DNA of 63,918 nucleotides, counting the filler, from Octopus bimaculoides (taxonomy: Eukaryota): the NCBI RefSeq assembly GCF_001194135.2. It is 5 parts of 5 records of this genome, joined end to end, with 100 filler letters (N's around TTAATTAATTAA, not from the genome) between each part and the next. Parts side by side here need not be neighbours in the genome. Positions count along the whole stretch, not along the records: positions 36,249 to 51,618 come from NC_068991.1; positions 51,719 to 61,170 come from NC_068997.1; positions 61,271 to 63,918 come from NC_068985.1; 2 more parts are not named here. One strand, given 5' to 3'. The translations under genes were made by a program, and so were the position numbers. The notes beneath the pieces are model-generated. The model searched no databases. It was not told the DNA's origin and saw only the letters and a list, made by a program, of their open reading frames with translations. This document shows positions 50,216-62,491 of this stretch, one piece after another (within the stretch, counting starts at the first letter, position 1; each line of letters begins with the position of its first letter).

Positions 50216-51560
50216 ATTGTATCATTGTTTAACGTCCGCTTTCCATGCTAGCATTGGTTGGACGGTTTGACTGAGGACTGGCAAGCCTGAAGGCTGTACC
50301 AGGTTCCAATCTGATCTGGCAGAGTTTCTACAGCTGGATGCTCATCCTAACGCCAACCACTCCAAGAGTGTAGTGGGTGCTTTTACGTGCCACCAGGACG
50401 AGGGCCAATCAGGCAATACTGTCATCGGCCATGACAATGACTTCAGTTGCCTCAACAGGTCTTCGCAAGCATAATTGTCGAATGATTGAAGTGTATTCTT
50501 AAATGGGCTGGTTATACAGCACTGGCACAGGCCATGGTTATGGTCTCACTTGGCTTGCCAGGTCTTCTCAAGCATAGCATATCTCCAAAGGTTTCGGTCA
50601 CTTGTCATTGCCTCGGTGAGGCCCAATGTTCAAAGGCCGTGCTTCACCAACTCATCTCAGGTCTTCCTAGGTCTACCTCTTCCACAGGCTAACTGCTATG
50701 ACATCATGATTCTCTCTCACGCACTGTCTTGCAACACAAAACACCTCAAGTCTTTGTCCTCACGACGCAAAACAGTGGCAAATTTTTTTCCCTGCTTCAC
50801 CTCTGGCTAAATAAACCTGTCTCCTAGCTTCCCTTCTGGCAGTCTGAGACAATTCCCTGCTACCACCGTTCTTCCAGTCCTTCCATGCCCGTTTCTTTTC
50901 CCTAACAGCCCTGTCAACTACATTGTTCCACCATCACGTTACCTTGAGTTGAGAGGGGACTTTGCACCGTGCACAGATCTGGTCAGTGACCCTCAGCAGG
51001 TTGTCCCAGAGAAACCTCCAGTTGTCTTCCACATCATGTCATCCTGCTCTATTTTGTCAAAAGCTTCAAGTAATATGTCTCTAAATCTCTGTCCATTTGC
51101 AGGATCCTTAAGCTTCCAGACCTTTCTCCTCCCTGCTGGTCGTCTTCCAGGCATCCATTTAGTCCTGATCCAGAAGTCACTAACTACTAATCTATGTTGT
51201 GGGGTGAATTCTTCACCTGGGAAGGTTTTGGCATTTATAAATAGCCGTCTTTCCCGTGTTCCTGGTGAGGATGTAGTCAATTTGACTAGTGTGTCTACCA
51301 GATCGGTAGGTGAATAGGTGACTGGCAGGTTATCTGAAGTTAGTATTACAAACCATAAGATCATTTGCATCACAGAAACTCCAGCAGCCTGGTTCCCTCC
51401 TCATTGTAGGAACCAAAACAATAGCCTCCATGTATGCCATGGGAGCCCTCTGCATGTTGTCCAACATGCCTACTGAAGTCACCAACCACAAAGAGAAGGT
51501 CTCTGTCATTCGTTGATGAGGTAGTCTGCAAGAGGGTGTCATAAAATTGGTCTTTCTGTC
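50216..51560 (-). mobile_element. Internally deleted RTE LINE: endonuclease C-terminus and linker joined almost directly to the ORF2 end and 3' UTR
   Basis: LMVCNTNF, NAKTFPGEEFTPQHRLVVSDF and RKVWKLKD (AP endonuclease and linker); junction near 50690; ORF2 end RQAK* at 50546 matches 44041. Confidence 0.88.
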
Positions 51561-51568
51561 CACATACT

Positions 51569-51618
<50 letters not shown>

Positions 51619-51718
51619 NNNNNNNNNNNNNNNNNNNNNNNNNNNNNNNNNNNNNNNNNNNNTTAATTAATTAANNNNNNNNNNNNNNNNNNNNNNNNNN
51701 NNNNNNNNNNNNNNNNNN
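51619..51718. other. Artificial scaffold linker, N44-TTAATTAATTAA-N44
   Basis: Same as 12610-12709. Confidence 0.95.
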
Positions 51719-51954
51719 CACCCCACCCCCGCCACCATCTACATCTCGTAAATCTCCGAGGTTGTCTGGCACAATGTTGAATCGTTGTGGACCCTTGAAA
51801 CCCTAAGCTGTTACAGTTCTGGAGACTGATTCTAGATGGAGAAGACGGGATCTTCCCTACTCTGCAGTGCAGCCCGTTTCTGTGGTTGGCATAGCTTTCA
51901 GCTCCGAAGATATAGGGAGATAGACTTTCCAGGATCTTCCATATGTATATCACT

Positions 51955-52085
51955 GCATGTACGTATGTATTTGTGTATGTATTTATGTATGTATGTACGT
52001 ATGTATGTATGTATGTATGTATGTATATATGTATGTATGTATGTATGTACGTATGTATGTATGTATGTATGTATGTATGTATGTG
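51955..52085. repeat. (ATGT)n microsatellite
   Basis: Directly visible. Confidence 0.95.
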
Positions 52086-53814
52086 CAGAGTTGTATGTTT
52101 TATGTATGCATTCTCATGCATATATTTACATATCTAGACATGCTCATATATATACCTAAATGATAAACTTCTGTGTGTGTGTGTGTGTGTCCCACCTTCA
52201 ACCATCGACATTTCAAACAAGAGCGGTTAAATATGACACCAATTACATCGATCTCTCCAGACTTAGGGTCGTCTCTAGGCCCGACCCCTTCCTTCCTTCA
52301 GCGCAAACCATTAAAATCTTCTTTTTAAAATAATCCATTTTATGGACAAAAAACATTTCCAAGAGAGAAAAAAAAACACGAAAAAAAAGACTTTTTTTTA
52401 AGAAAAAAAAAAAGAAATACTACTGTTACTCTTTGACCTTTGACACCCAATAACAACCTCAGTTGATGACCTCAAATAATAGTGGTGGTGGGTGGGGGCG
52501 GAGGGCTCCGACGGTGCTGATAGTGGGGATGGTGCTGGTGCTGGTGGTGGTGGTGGTAGTAGTGATGGTAATGGTGGTGTCGGTGGGGGAGTGGAGTCGT
52601 TGTTGTCGTTGGTGGTGGTGGTGATGACGGTCACATTGGTCGTAATGGCGGCCGTGATGATGACAGTCATGTCGTTGGAGACCGTGGTAACGCAGGTGAG
52701 GTCAGCGGTNNNNNNNNNNNNNNNNNNNNNNNNNNNNNNNNNNNNNNNNNNNNNNNNNNNNNNNNNNNNNNNNNNNNNNNNNNNNNNNNNNNNNNNNNNN
52801 NNNNNNNNNNNNNNNNNNNNNNNNNNNNNNNNNNNNNNNNNNNNNNNNNNNNNNNNNNNNNNNNNNNNNNNNNNNNNNNNNNNNNNNNNNNNNNNNNNNN
52901 NNNNNNNNNNNNNNNNNNNNNNNNNNNNNNNNNNNNNNNNNNNNNNNNNNNNNNNNNNNNNNNNNNNNNNNNNNNNNNNNNNNNNNNNNNNNNNNNNNNN
53001 NNNNNNNNNNNNNNNNNNNNNNNNNNNNNNNNNNNNNNNNNNNNNNNNNNNNNNNNNNNNNNNNNNNNNNNNNNNNNNNNNNNNNNNNNNNNNNNNNNNN
53101 NNNNNNNNNNNNNNNNNNNNNNNNNNNNNNNNNNNNNNNNNNNNNNNNNNNNNNNNNNNNNNNNNNNNNNNNNNNNNNNNNNNNNNNNNNNNNNNNNNNN
53201 NNNNNNNNNNNNNNNNNNNNNNNNNNNNNNNNNNNNNNNNNNNNNNNNNNNNNNNNNNNNNNNNNNNNNNNNNNNNNNNNNNNNNNNNNNNNNNNNNNNN
53301 NNNNNNNNNNNNNNNNNNNNNNNNGTGGTCAACTCACACCAATGAAATATATACCGACGTGTATTCGTGTTTTGTGTGTGTATATATATATATATATATA
53401 TCTATATAAATATATATCTGTATATGTTTGTAAGTGTGTGTGTGTGTGTGTGTGTATTATGGATATATGTATATGTATGTATAAATCTATGTACGCGTGT
53501 GTGTATGAATGTATACATGTATGGGTGTGTGCATCATTGCATGTGGTTGTATGTGTTTATATATATATGTGCGTGAGTGGGTGTGTAATTGTGTAGTTGT
53601 GTGTGTATTTATGTGTGTGTAATTAGGGATGTGTTTATATGTATATGTTTGAGTATGTGTTTGTGTTTGCATGAAGATACATCAATTAACGCTGGTCATC
53701 TTTATTTACTTCCTGCCTCTGTATCCACCCGATACACTTACCCGATTGTCGCCGGGTATCTCCGGGTGGTACTGGTCCCCACAATGGTCAAAATGCGAAT
53801 CAGCCGTTTGAATC

Positions 53815-54195
53815 CCACCACCAACCACCATCACCACCACAACCACTACCACTTCCACCATTATCACCACCATTATCACCACCATTATCATCATCATCAT
53901 CATCACTGTAACATTAACCCTCTTCCACCCGTCAGCACCTCCGCCTTGACCCCGAACGCCACCCCGACACCACCGGTTATCACCTCCACTGATATAGATA
54001 CTCTCTTCGCCATCAGCAACATCACCATCATTATCACCACCACCACCACCAGCATCATCACCAACATCAACATCAACGCCATCATCACCACAACATTATC
54101 ACCATCACTACCATCATGATCATCATAACTATTATCACCAACACCCCTACTCCGCCATCACCAACACCATAAGTAACACCACCACCAACACCATT
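53815..54195. repeat. Degenerate (CAC)n/(CAT)n low-complexity tract
   Basis: Directly visible. Confidence 0.85.
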
Positions 54196-54204
54196 ACTGG
54201 TAAT

Positions 54205-54345
54205 GGGATCCTTTGGGGCAGAGGTCACTGATGGATTTTGTTATCATCTCGGACCTCTTTGGTTCTGTGCTGGACATTCGTGTAAAGAGAGGCGCCGACC
54301 TTTCAACGAATCACCACTCAGCTGCTTGCAACCCGAGACTACTTA
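54205..54345 (+). pseudogene. LINE AP-endonuclease C-terminal remnant of a different RTE-type lineage (Expander/Rex3-like)
   Basis: GQRSLMDFVIISDLFGSVLDIRVKRGADLSTNHH resembles the recalled motif GxRSMIDFVVVSSDL...VLDTRVKRGAELSTDHH. Confidence 0.7.
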
Positions 54346-55681
54346 CAGCAGGGAGAATTCACAAAACTGCGACGTCCATTTACGGAGTGTNNNNNNNNNN
54401 NNNNNNNNNNNNNNNNNNNNNNNNNNNNNNNNNNNNNNNNNNNNNNNNNNNNNNNNNNNNNNNNNNNNNNNNNNNNNNNNNNNNNNNNNNNNNNNNNNNN
54501 NNNNNNNNNNNNNNNNNNNNNNNNNNNNNNNNNNNNNNNNNNNNNNNNNNNNNNNNNNNNNNNNNNNNNNNNNNNNNNNNNNNNNNNNNNNNNNNNNNNN
54601 NNNNNNNNNNNNNNNNNNNNNNNNNNNNNNNNNNNNNNNNNNNNNNNNNNNNNNNNNNNNNNNNNNNNNNNNNNNNNNNNNNNNNNNNNNNNNNNNNNNN
54701 NNNNNNNNNNNNNNNNNNNNNNNNNNNNNNNNNNNNNNNNNNNNNNNNNNNNNNNNNNNNNNNNNNNNNNNNNNNNNNNNNNNNNNNNNNNNNNNNNNNN
54801 NNNNNNNNNNNNNNNNNNNNNNNNNNNNNNNNNNNNNNNNNNNNNNNNNNNNNNNNNNNNNNNNNNNNNNNNNNNNNNNNNNNNNNNNNNNNNNNNNNNN
54901 NNNNNNNNNNNNNNNNNNNNNNNNNNNNNNNNNNNNNNNNNNNNNNNNNNNNNNNNNNNNNNNNNNNNNNNNNNNNNNNNNNNNNNNNNNNNNNNNNNNN
55001 NNNNNNNNNNNNNNNNNNNNNNNNNNNNNNNNNNNNNNNNNNNNNNNNNNNNNNNNNNNNNNNNNNNNNNNNNNNNNNNNNNNNNNNNNNNNNNNNNNNN
55101 NNNNNNNNNNNNNNNNNNNNNNNNNNNNNNNNNNNNNNNNNNNNNNNNNNNNNNNNNNNNNNNNNNNNNNNNNNNNNNNNNNNNNNNNNNNNNNNNNNNN
55201 NNNNNNNNNCCCCTACCCCCCGAAACTCTCCCCTACCCCCCGAAACTCCCGGTTGCAATCCACCCTCCCCATTCCACGCTCCCTAAACGACCCTTCCCGC
55301 CCATACTCAGGGCCCTTAATCTAGCTAAGTACTTTAAGCAATCATAGACACTTGATGTTGTGTCCATCTGGTTCGTGTTATAGAAAGAGGGGGAGGAAAG
55401 GGGTTCGGTTCCGATGGGTAACAACATTGGCGAAGGGTTTGGTTGCAGCGCTGGGGATGAAGGTAGGGGTTGAACCACTGCCTGCTTTGGTGATGCGTGT
55501 AAATAGGGGGACTGTAATGGCGCGCGTGCGCACACACACACATGCACACACAAACAAAGAAACCATCCAGGAGAGAAAGGTAGATGAGAGGAAACCGTGG
55601 TAGACATAGCAACACAAACATATATTCATATATGTGCATACCTTAACTTATGGAAGGATACATACAGGTGCATGTTTAGGC

Positions 55682-55900
55682 ACAGGTGTGGCTGTGTGGT
55701 AAGAAGTTTGCTTCCCAAACACATGGTTCTGGGTTCAGTCCCACTGTGTGAGTGTTTGTGTGTGTGTGTGTAGGTGTGTTTGTGTTTATGCCTCTTTGTT
55801 CCCCACCACCGCTTGACAACAGAGACTGGTGTATTTAAGTTCCCGTAACTTAGCGGTTCAGCAAAGGAGACTGATAGAATATTATCAGGCTTTAACAGAA
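55682..55900 (+). mobile_element. SINE family A with an internal deletion
   Basis: Family A head joined to the 3' half. Confidence 0.8.
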
Positions 55901-57099
55901 TTGTACTGTAGATATCTTAAATATAACAGTTAAAGACGGGCGAAATACCGCTTAGCATTTTGTCCGGCACAATAACGATTCCTTCAGCTTGCTGCCTTGA
56001 AGCGCGTAAATATAAAGAAGACAAAATGTGAGTTCCTTGTTGGATTCGAACCGATGACTTCTTTGTTGATAATACGACGTTTGTTGAACAAAATCCAATT
56101 GTCAACGTAATACCCACTCCCACTCCCACCTCACCACCAATGCTTTGAATAACTGTATTAAACATGAGCCATAGGAGTGAGTCTAACTGTGATATTGATT
56201 CTTTCAATTCCTGAATGTTGAGATCAGCGGTTACCCCACCCGGGGTCCGAAAACCATGGGGAGGCATCCACAGAGATAGACTTCGGAGTCCTTAAACTGT
56301 ATTTAACAATCTAATAGGCTGCAGTGTAAAATATATAATTATTTAATTATATATTATTATTCAGTTACATATATATTTCAGATGAGAGATGAAACAAGGA
56401 AAATGAGATTGTAGTTAGTTAATAAAATCGGCTTATGGAGTAGACACATTTCTAAAAAGTCTGTGGACCGTGGGAAAATTCATTTAAATAAAAAGAAGTC
56501 CTTGATCGTGAAAATGTTAGGAATTAATAGTTTAGACTGCGCAAATTATTTCAATGTGCATTTTTAAATACAGTTGATATTTTCTACTGAATGCAGTTCC
56601 CTTATTTATCCGGTTACATACATAAAAAATACAGACCTCGCTTAAATGGAAATATTTAATTTATTTGAATTTATATTTATTAATATTAACTGAAAAAAAA
56701 AAATGAATATTCCACTAATTACGTCCCACTAAGCTGTTAATAATAGCCATTTCTTATCGCCTCTGTTACTTTTTATGAAATTATGAAATCATGAAACAAC
56801 GTCGCCAACAGCTAGTTCCAGAATCTGGAAATTATAACATCATTAAGTACGAAATCATGAATATCTGCCAAAAAGTGAAACCAGTGATATACATGAATAT
56901 TATGTTTCGTACATAAAGTTTCATCATAAAGATTTCAATGTGTTTCCATCCCTGCTTTCAATTTGGGAGGAAAAACAAAAGAAATTACTACTCACCCAAT
57001 TTGATTGAAGTTATATGTAACAATTTCACTCAGTTCCACATTTTTTAATGTTTCGTGGGCGAGTCAGTTTGTTATAATATATTTCATCATATTGAACCG

Positions 57100-57290
57100 T
57101 TATTCCCGACACAATTTTTTCTTTCTCCGTTTTTCCGTTCTCTCTCTGTTTTTTCCCCTCTCAATTCTTTCTGTCGAAGAGCGAAGGCTCGAAACGTCAA
57201 AGACTTTTCCATTGTTCCCAAGCGTCAAACTAATACACCGGTTTGTTGTTCCCTGTTCCCTCACCTGTCATCGTCTTCTGTTTTATGTAC
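57100..57290 (+). mobile_element. Penelope-like terminal-repeat remnant, family P3
   Basis: Homologous to 47560-47758. Confidence 0.6.
57166..57203 (+). ncRNA. Variant minimal type-I hammerhead motif (CUGUCGA core), all stems intact
   Basis: TCTTT-CTGTCGA-A-GAGC-GAAG-GCTC-GAAA-CG-TC-AAAGA: 5-bp stem I, 4-bp stem II with tetraloop, palindromic ACGT stem III, GUC triplet. Confidence 0.65.
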
Positions 57291-57298
57291 TAGCTTTA

Positions 57299-57362
<64 letters not shown>

Positions 57363-58274
57363 TATCGTGACGATTANNNNNNNNNNNNNNNNNNNNNNNN
57401 NNNNNNNNNNNNNNNNNNNNNNNNNNNNNNNNNNNNNNNNNNNNNNNNNNNNNNNNNNNNNNNNNNNNNNNNNNNNNNNNNNNNNNNNNNNNNNNNNNNN
57501 NNNNNNNNNNNNNNNNNNNNNNNNNNNNNNNNNNNNNNNNNNNNNNNNNNNNNNNNNNNNNNNNNNNNNNNNNNNNNNNNNNNNNNNNNNNNNNNNNNNN
57601 NNNNNNNNNNNNNNNNNNNNNNNNNNNNNNNNNNNNNNNNNNNNNNNNNNNNNNNNNNNNNNNNNNNNNNNNNNNNNNNNNNNNNNNNNNNNNNNNNNNN
57701 NNNNNNNNNNNNNNNNNNNNNNNNNNNNNNNNNNNNNNNNNNNNNNNNNNNNNNNNNNNNNNNNNNNNNNNNNNNNNNNNNNNNNNNNNNNNNNNNNNNN
57801 NNNNNNNNNNNNNNNNNNNNNNNNNNNNNNNNNNNNNNNNNNNNNNNNNNNNNNNNNNNNNNNNNNNNNNNNNNNNNNNNNNNNNNNNNNNNNNNNNNNN
57901 NNNNNNNNNNNNNNNNNNNNNNNNNNNNNNNNNNNNNNNNNNNNNNNNNNNNNNNNNNNNNNNNNNNNNNNNNNNNNNNNGTATATACATAAATTATTAT
58001 TATTATTATTATTATTATTATCATTATTATTATTATTATTATGTGTGTATGCCTATGAAGGATTAAATATAGACTTGATTACATATGTATTTTATGTCTA
58101 TACATATATATAACACGCCGCCCCGACACACACACACACACACACACACACATAACCGAACTTTTGGTTAGTTGAAATACTTTGTGACCATATTTCAACA
58201 TCTAAAAAGAAATTCACTGCATTTACCACAGAGAAAATAATTCTCTCATATGGTAAAAAGTGTTATATGTATAT

Positions 58275-58428
58275 ATGGCTGTGTGGTAAGTAGCTTACTT
58301 ACCAGGTACATGGTTCCCAGTTCAGTCCCACTGCGTAGCACCTTGGCTAAGTGTCTTGTACTATAACCTCGGGCCGACCAAAGCCTTGTGAGTGGATTTG
58401 GTAGACGGAAACTGAAAGAAGCCCGTCA
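58275..58428 (+). mobile_element. SINE family A 5' half
   Basis: Matches family A. Confidence 0.88.
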
Positions 58429-58430
58429 AA

Positions 58431-58463
58431 TATAGAGGGGTTGGACAAAATAATGGAAACACT
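58431..58463 (+). mobile_element. Isolated Tc1-like TIR fragment
   Basis: TA|TAGAGGGGTTGGACAAAATAATGGAAACAC resembles Tc1-family TIRs (from memory). Confidence 0.45.
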
Positions 58464-58469
58464 TGGCCA

Positions 58470-58547
58470 AAGGGCCACGCAGTGTGATTGAACCTGGAAC
58501 CATGTAGTTGGGAAGCAAGCTTCTTACCACACAGCCACTCCTGCGCC
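58470..58547 (-). mobile_element. SINE family A head, inverted relative to 58275
   Basis: Reverse complement GGCGCAGGAGTGGCTGTGTGGTAAGAAGCTTG. Confidence 0.85.
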
Positions 58548-59273
58548 AATATTTGTGTGAGACTAAACACATCAAATCTATGAAGAGATTTTATCTCAGA
58601 CAATTTCATAGCATCTTGCCTTCCAGCGGTGTATATACACTTTATTTGATACACAGATGGCAATTTTAACGGAATGCTACCTCATTTGTGCAGTAATTAA
58701 CGATATTCTATGGCAACCAGGTTGCATGGAATCGCTTACAGAATCACTCTTATATTGTTGTGAAGCTTATTCAGTAAGAATTTGCCATTATTTGTGGCAT
58801 TATTTATTCCAATGCGAAACATACCAGTCTAAGAGTGAGAACAATTTTAAAAGGTGCTAAAAAAACATTTTTAAATTGTTTTTTTTTTTAAATCTCAGTT
58901 GGAGGTGGAATACATGAAAAAGAATCTACCAACCATTATTAAAATCTTCCAGTTCCTGGTCGCTATAAAAGGATTCTATAACAGAAACACGTGACTGTTC
59001 TTTTCTCATTTTTCTTTCTTTTTCTTCCTTTCAGGTTATTTTTATTTGTGATTTTGTTTAAGCTTGTATTGTTTTTTTTTTGTAGACAGGTTGTTATAAG
59101 CTTTTCTCAATCTGTCATGGCTTACCAGTTCCATACAGACGTTTAAATTGATTGAAGTGAGCGAATAAAAATATATATAGACATGTATATGCATACATAC
59201 AATATACATATACAGATAGGTATATACACATATATATATGCATACATATAGACATATATATGCCTATATAACA

Positions 59274-59312
<39 letters not shown>

Positions 59313-59689
59313 ACATACAATCCTGTGTGTATGAAATGGTGCTGCCAAGCCGAAAAAAAAATAAGCAATTAGAGCTAAATGGTTAAAGTTGTTCGGGGAT
59401 TTTGGAAGAATAAATGCAATTCTCTCCCACCGCCATTTGCTATTTGTCTAAGGATAGGGGAAGGTGGAGTCTCAAAGACTCTAAGAATTGGTTTAATCGG
59501 AACAAATCTCTTTGCACCCTTACTGTAATGTAACGCTAGTTTAATAAAATTAAAACTCTAAAGAAATTCTTGATACAATAAAAAATAACGTCCACCCACA
59601 TTCAATTAGGGGTGCTTTACCGTTTTCATGGTGGATGGGTGGAATAACCAAGAACAACAACGTGTTATGTATTAGTTTTTTTTTCGTTT

Positions 59690-59870
59690 TGTTTTGTTCT
59701 TCTTGCTTTTTTCAATCATTAGACTGCAGCCATTTTAATGCGGTATCTTGAAGGATTTTTGGTCGGGAAGATCGACTCCGCTACCTGTTTGAAGTCTGGT
59801 ACTTACTCATTCTATCGGTCTCTGAGGCTAAACCACTAAGTCAACAGGGACACACATAAACACTCAAACA
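59690..59870 (-). mobile_element. SINE family A 3' half, strongly diverged
   Basis: Residual ACTGCAGCCAT, ATCGAC, CTGGTACTTA and CACTAAGT blocks. Confidence 0.55.
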
Positions 59871-59952
59871 CACACACATACACGCACATACGTATATCAA
59901 AACCTCTAAAATGTAAGAACAACAAGCCAGACATAATGATCGGAGACAAGGA

Positions 59953-60228
59953 ATGGAATTGTGCTTCCTAACAACAGAAATGGTTATCCAAAAGATTTTA
60001 AGAAATGAAGACATCAACGATGATGAAATGAGAAATTTACAGAGGCTGCGTCTGGATCGTAACTTTAAATGTGTACCAGTAATTATTGGGTTTCTTCGTT
60101 ATTTAACTGACTGCTTCAGTACTGATCATGGGAATCTCACATTTCAAAGACTGGAAACCATTTTGAAATTAAGAAATTATGGTTACAAGCAATTAACAGA
60201 ACTATGGGAATATACGAAATATTCAGCC

Positions 60229-60236
<8 letters not shown>
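59953..60236 (+). CDS. Non-repetitive ~94-codon open frame, possible exon of an unknown gene
   Basis: [39 protein letters not shown]...; possible acceptor ending at 59977; no homology recognised. Confidence 0.25.
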
Positions 60237-60265
<29 letters not shown>

Positions 60266-60303
60266 GCACAGATATGTGTGCGTGTGTGTGTGCATGTGTG
60301 TGT

Positions 60304-60378
<75 letters not shown>

Positions 60379-60788
60379 NNNNNNNNNNNNNNNNNNNNNN
60401 NNNNNNNNNNNNNNNNNNNNNNNNNNNNNNNNNNNNNNNNNNNNNNNNNNNNNNNNNNNNNNNNNNNNNNNNNNNNNNNNNNNNNNNNNNNNNNNNNNNN
60501 NNNNNNNNNNNNNNNNNNNNNNNNNNNNNNNNNNNNNNNNNNNNNNNNNNNNNNNNNNNNNNNNNNNNNNNNNNNNNNNNNNNNNNNNNNNNNNNNNNNN
60601 NNNNNNNNNNNNNNNNNNNNNNNNNNNNNNNNNNNNNNNNNNNNNNNNNNNNNNNNNNNNNNNNNNNNNNNNNNNNNNNNNNNNNNNNNNNNNNNNNNNN
60701 NNNNNNNNNNNNNNNNNNNNNNNNNNNNNNNNNNNNNNNNNNNNNNNNNNNNNNNNNNNNNNNNNNNNNNNNNNNNNNNNNNNNNNNN

Positions 60789-60824
<36 letters not shown>

Positions 60825-61170
60825 TTATGCTGTTGCTTTCTCAGGCATTCGCCTCCACACACATCTTTACCAAATTCTCACATCTCCCACTTAATATCAA
60901 ATGGTGTAACCCTTAGCAACACTTCACTCACGGGATGATGATGAGGAGGAGAATCATCATCATCATTATCATCATCATCATCATTGTAGTGCAATGTAGA
61001 CCCACGACACTTCCGGTTACGAATTGGTGAAGCTGGATTTAATTGAGATATTAATTATTAAAGACAGATTAGCTAAAGGATATTATAACTACATACAAAC
61101 ATACATACATACATGCATACACATATATATATATGTATGTATATATGTATGTATATATGTATGTATATAT

Positions 61171-61270
61171 NNNNNNNNNNNNNNNNNNNNNNNNNNNNNN
61201 NNNNNNNNNNNNNNTTAATTAATTAANNNNNNNNNNNNNNNNNNNNNNNNNNNNNNNNNNNNNNNNNNNN
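61171..61270. other. Artificial scaffold linker, N44-TTAATTAATTAA-N44
   Basis: Same as 12610-12709. Confidence 0.95.
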
Positions 61271-61295
61271 ACACACACACACACACACATACACA

Positions 61296-61460
61296 CGACG
61301 GGCTTCTTTCAGTTTCCGTCTACCAAATCCACTCACAAGGCTTTGGTCGGCCTGAGGCTATCACAGAAGAGACTTGCCCAAGGTGCCGCAGAGTGGGACT
61401 GAACCCAGAACCATTTGGCTGGGAAGCAAGCTTCTTACCACTCACCCACGTCTGCGCCTA
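61296..61460 (-). mobile_element. SINE family A 5' half
   Basis: Reverse complement of the family A head. Confidence 0.88.
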
Positions 61461-61844
61461 TTTGTATAATTTCATACCTTGGTCTCATAGCGAACTATAA
61501 TGCTTTATATTGTGCGGTACAATGTGTCAGTCTCGGTATGTTCCATCGACGTTGATTGAATAAAACTAAAATGACAAGCATTCCAGCCGTAACCGTCCCA
61601 TTTCTTTAGGAGAAAGACCACATTTCTAATGTGTCTCCTTAAAATTTTAGAGCTAATATGTGAAATATTTGGCTATTATTTCTGGGAAGTCGAGTGACCA
61701 CGTAGAAGCTCCCTTATCAGTAGGTTCTAATGATGGCTACACCAGATGCAGGTGAGGTGTAATCAGTCAGAGCGCGATATTTGTTGTTCTGCATTTAGCA
61801 CGGGAGTTGCATATTCCTATCGCTATTGTTATCAGAAAGAGCTA

Positions 61845-62230
61845 TTAAGGCTGCGAAGCTGGTAGAGTCGTTAGTACGCCAGACGAAATGCTTAGCGGAA
61901 TTTTGTCTGCCTTTACGTTCTGAGTTCAAATTCCGCCGGGGTCAACTTTGCCTTTCATCCTTTCGGGGGGTCAATAAATTAAGTACCAGTTGTGTACTGG
62001 GGCCGATCTAATCGACTGGCCCCCTCCCCCCAAATTTCGGGCCTTGTGCCAAGAGTAGAAAAGAATCGTTAGTACGCCGGGCAAAATGCTTAGCGGAATT
62101 TCCCGCTGAAGTCGACTTTGCCTTTCATCCACTTGGAGTCGATAAAATAAGTACCAATTAAGCAGTAGGGTCGATGTAATCGACTAGCCTCCCCTCCACC
62201 AATATTTCAGGCCTTGTGGTTATAATAGAA
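61845..62230 (+). mobile_element. Tandem SINE family D pair, second copy internally deleted
   Basis: Two heads with GTTAGTACGCC and two CATCC...GATAAA..AAGTACCA bodies. Confidence 0.88.
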
Positions 62231-62491
62231 AGGATTATTATTTGTGAGTAGGCGTTGTCAGTTCTCATTTGAGCTGACCTTAAGTAGAAAGGTAAAAAAA
62301 ATAATAGGATCTCTATATGCTTACAGATTTTAGGTTCGAATCCGCTGCAGGATTTCATTTTGTACTTCCAGACTGAGCATTTTATTCTATATAACAATAG
62401 TTGACCCAGCTGGAACTGGGTTACAGGAGAATGCGACTTGTGAAAGACTGGCGTTCTATCCAGAGGTGGCAGGTATAACCCTTATATACTT

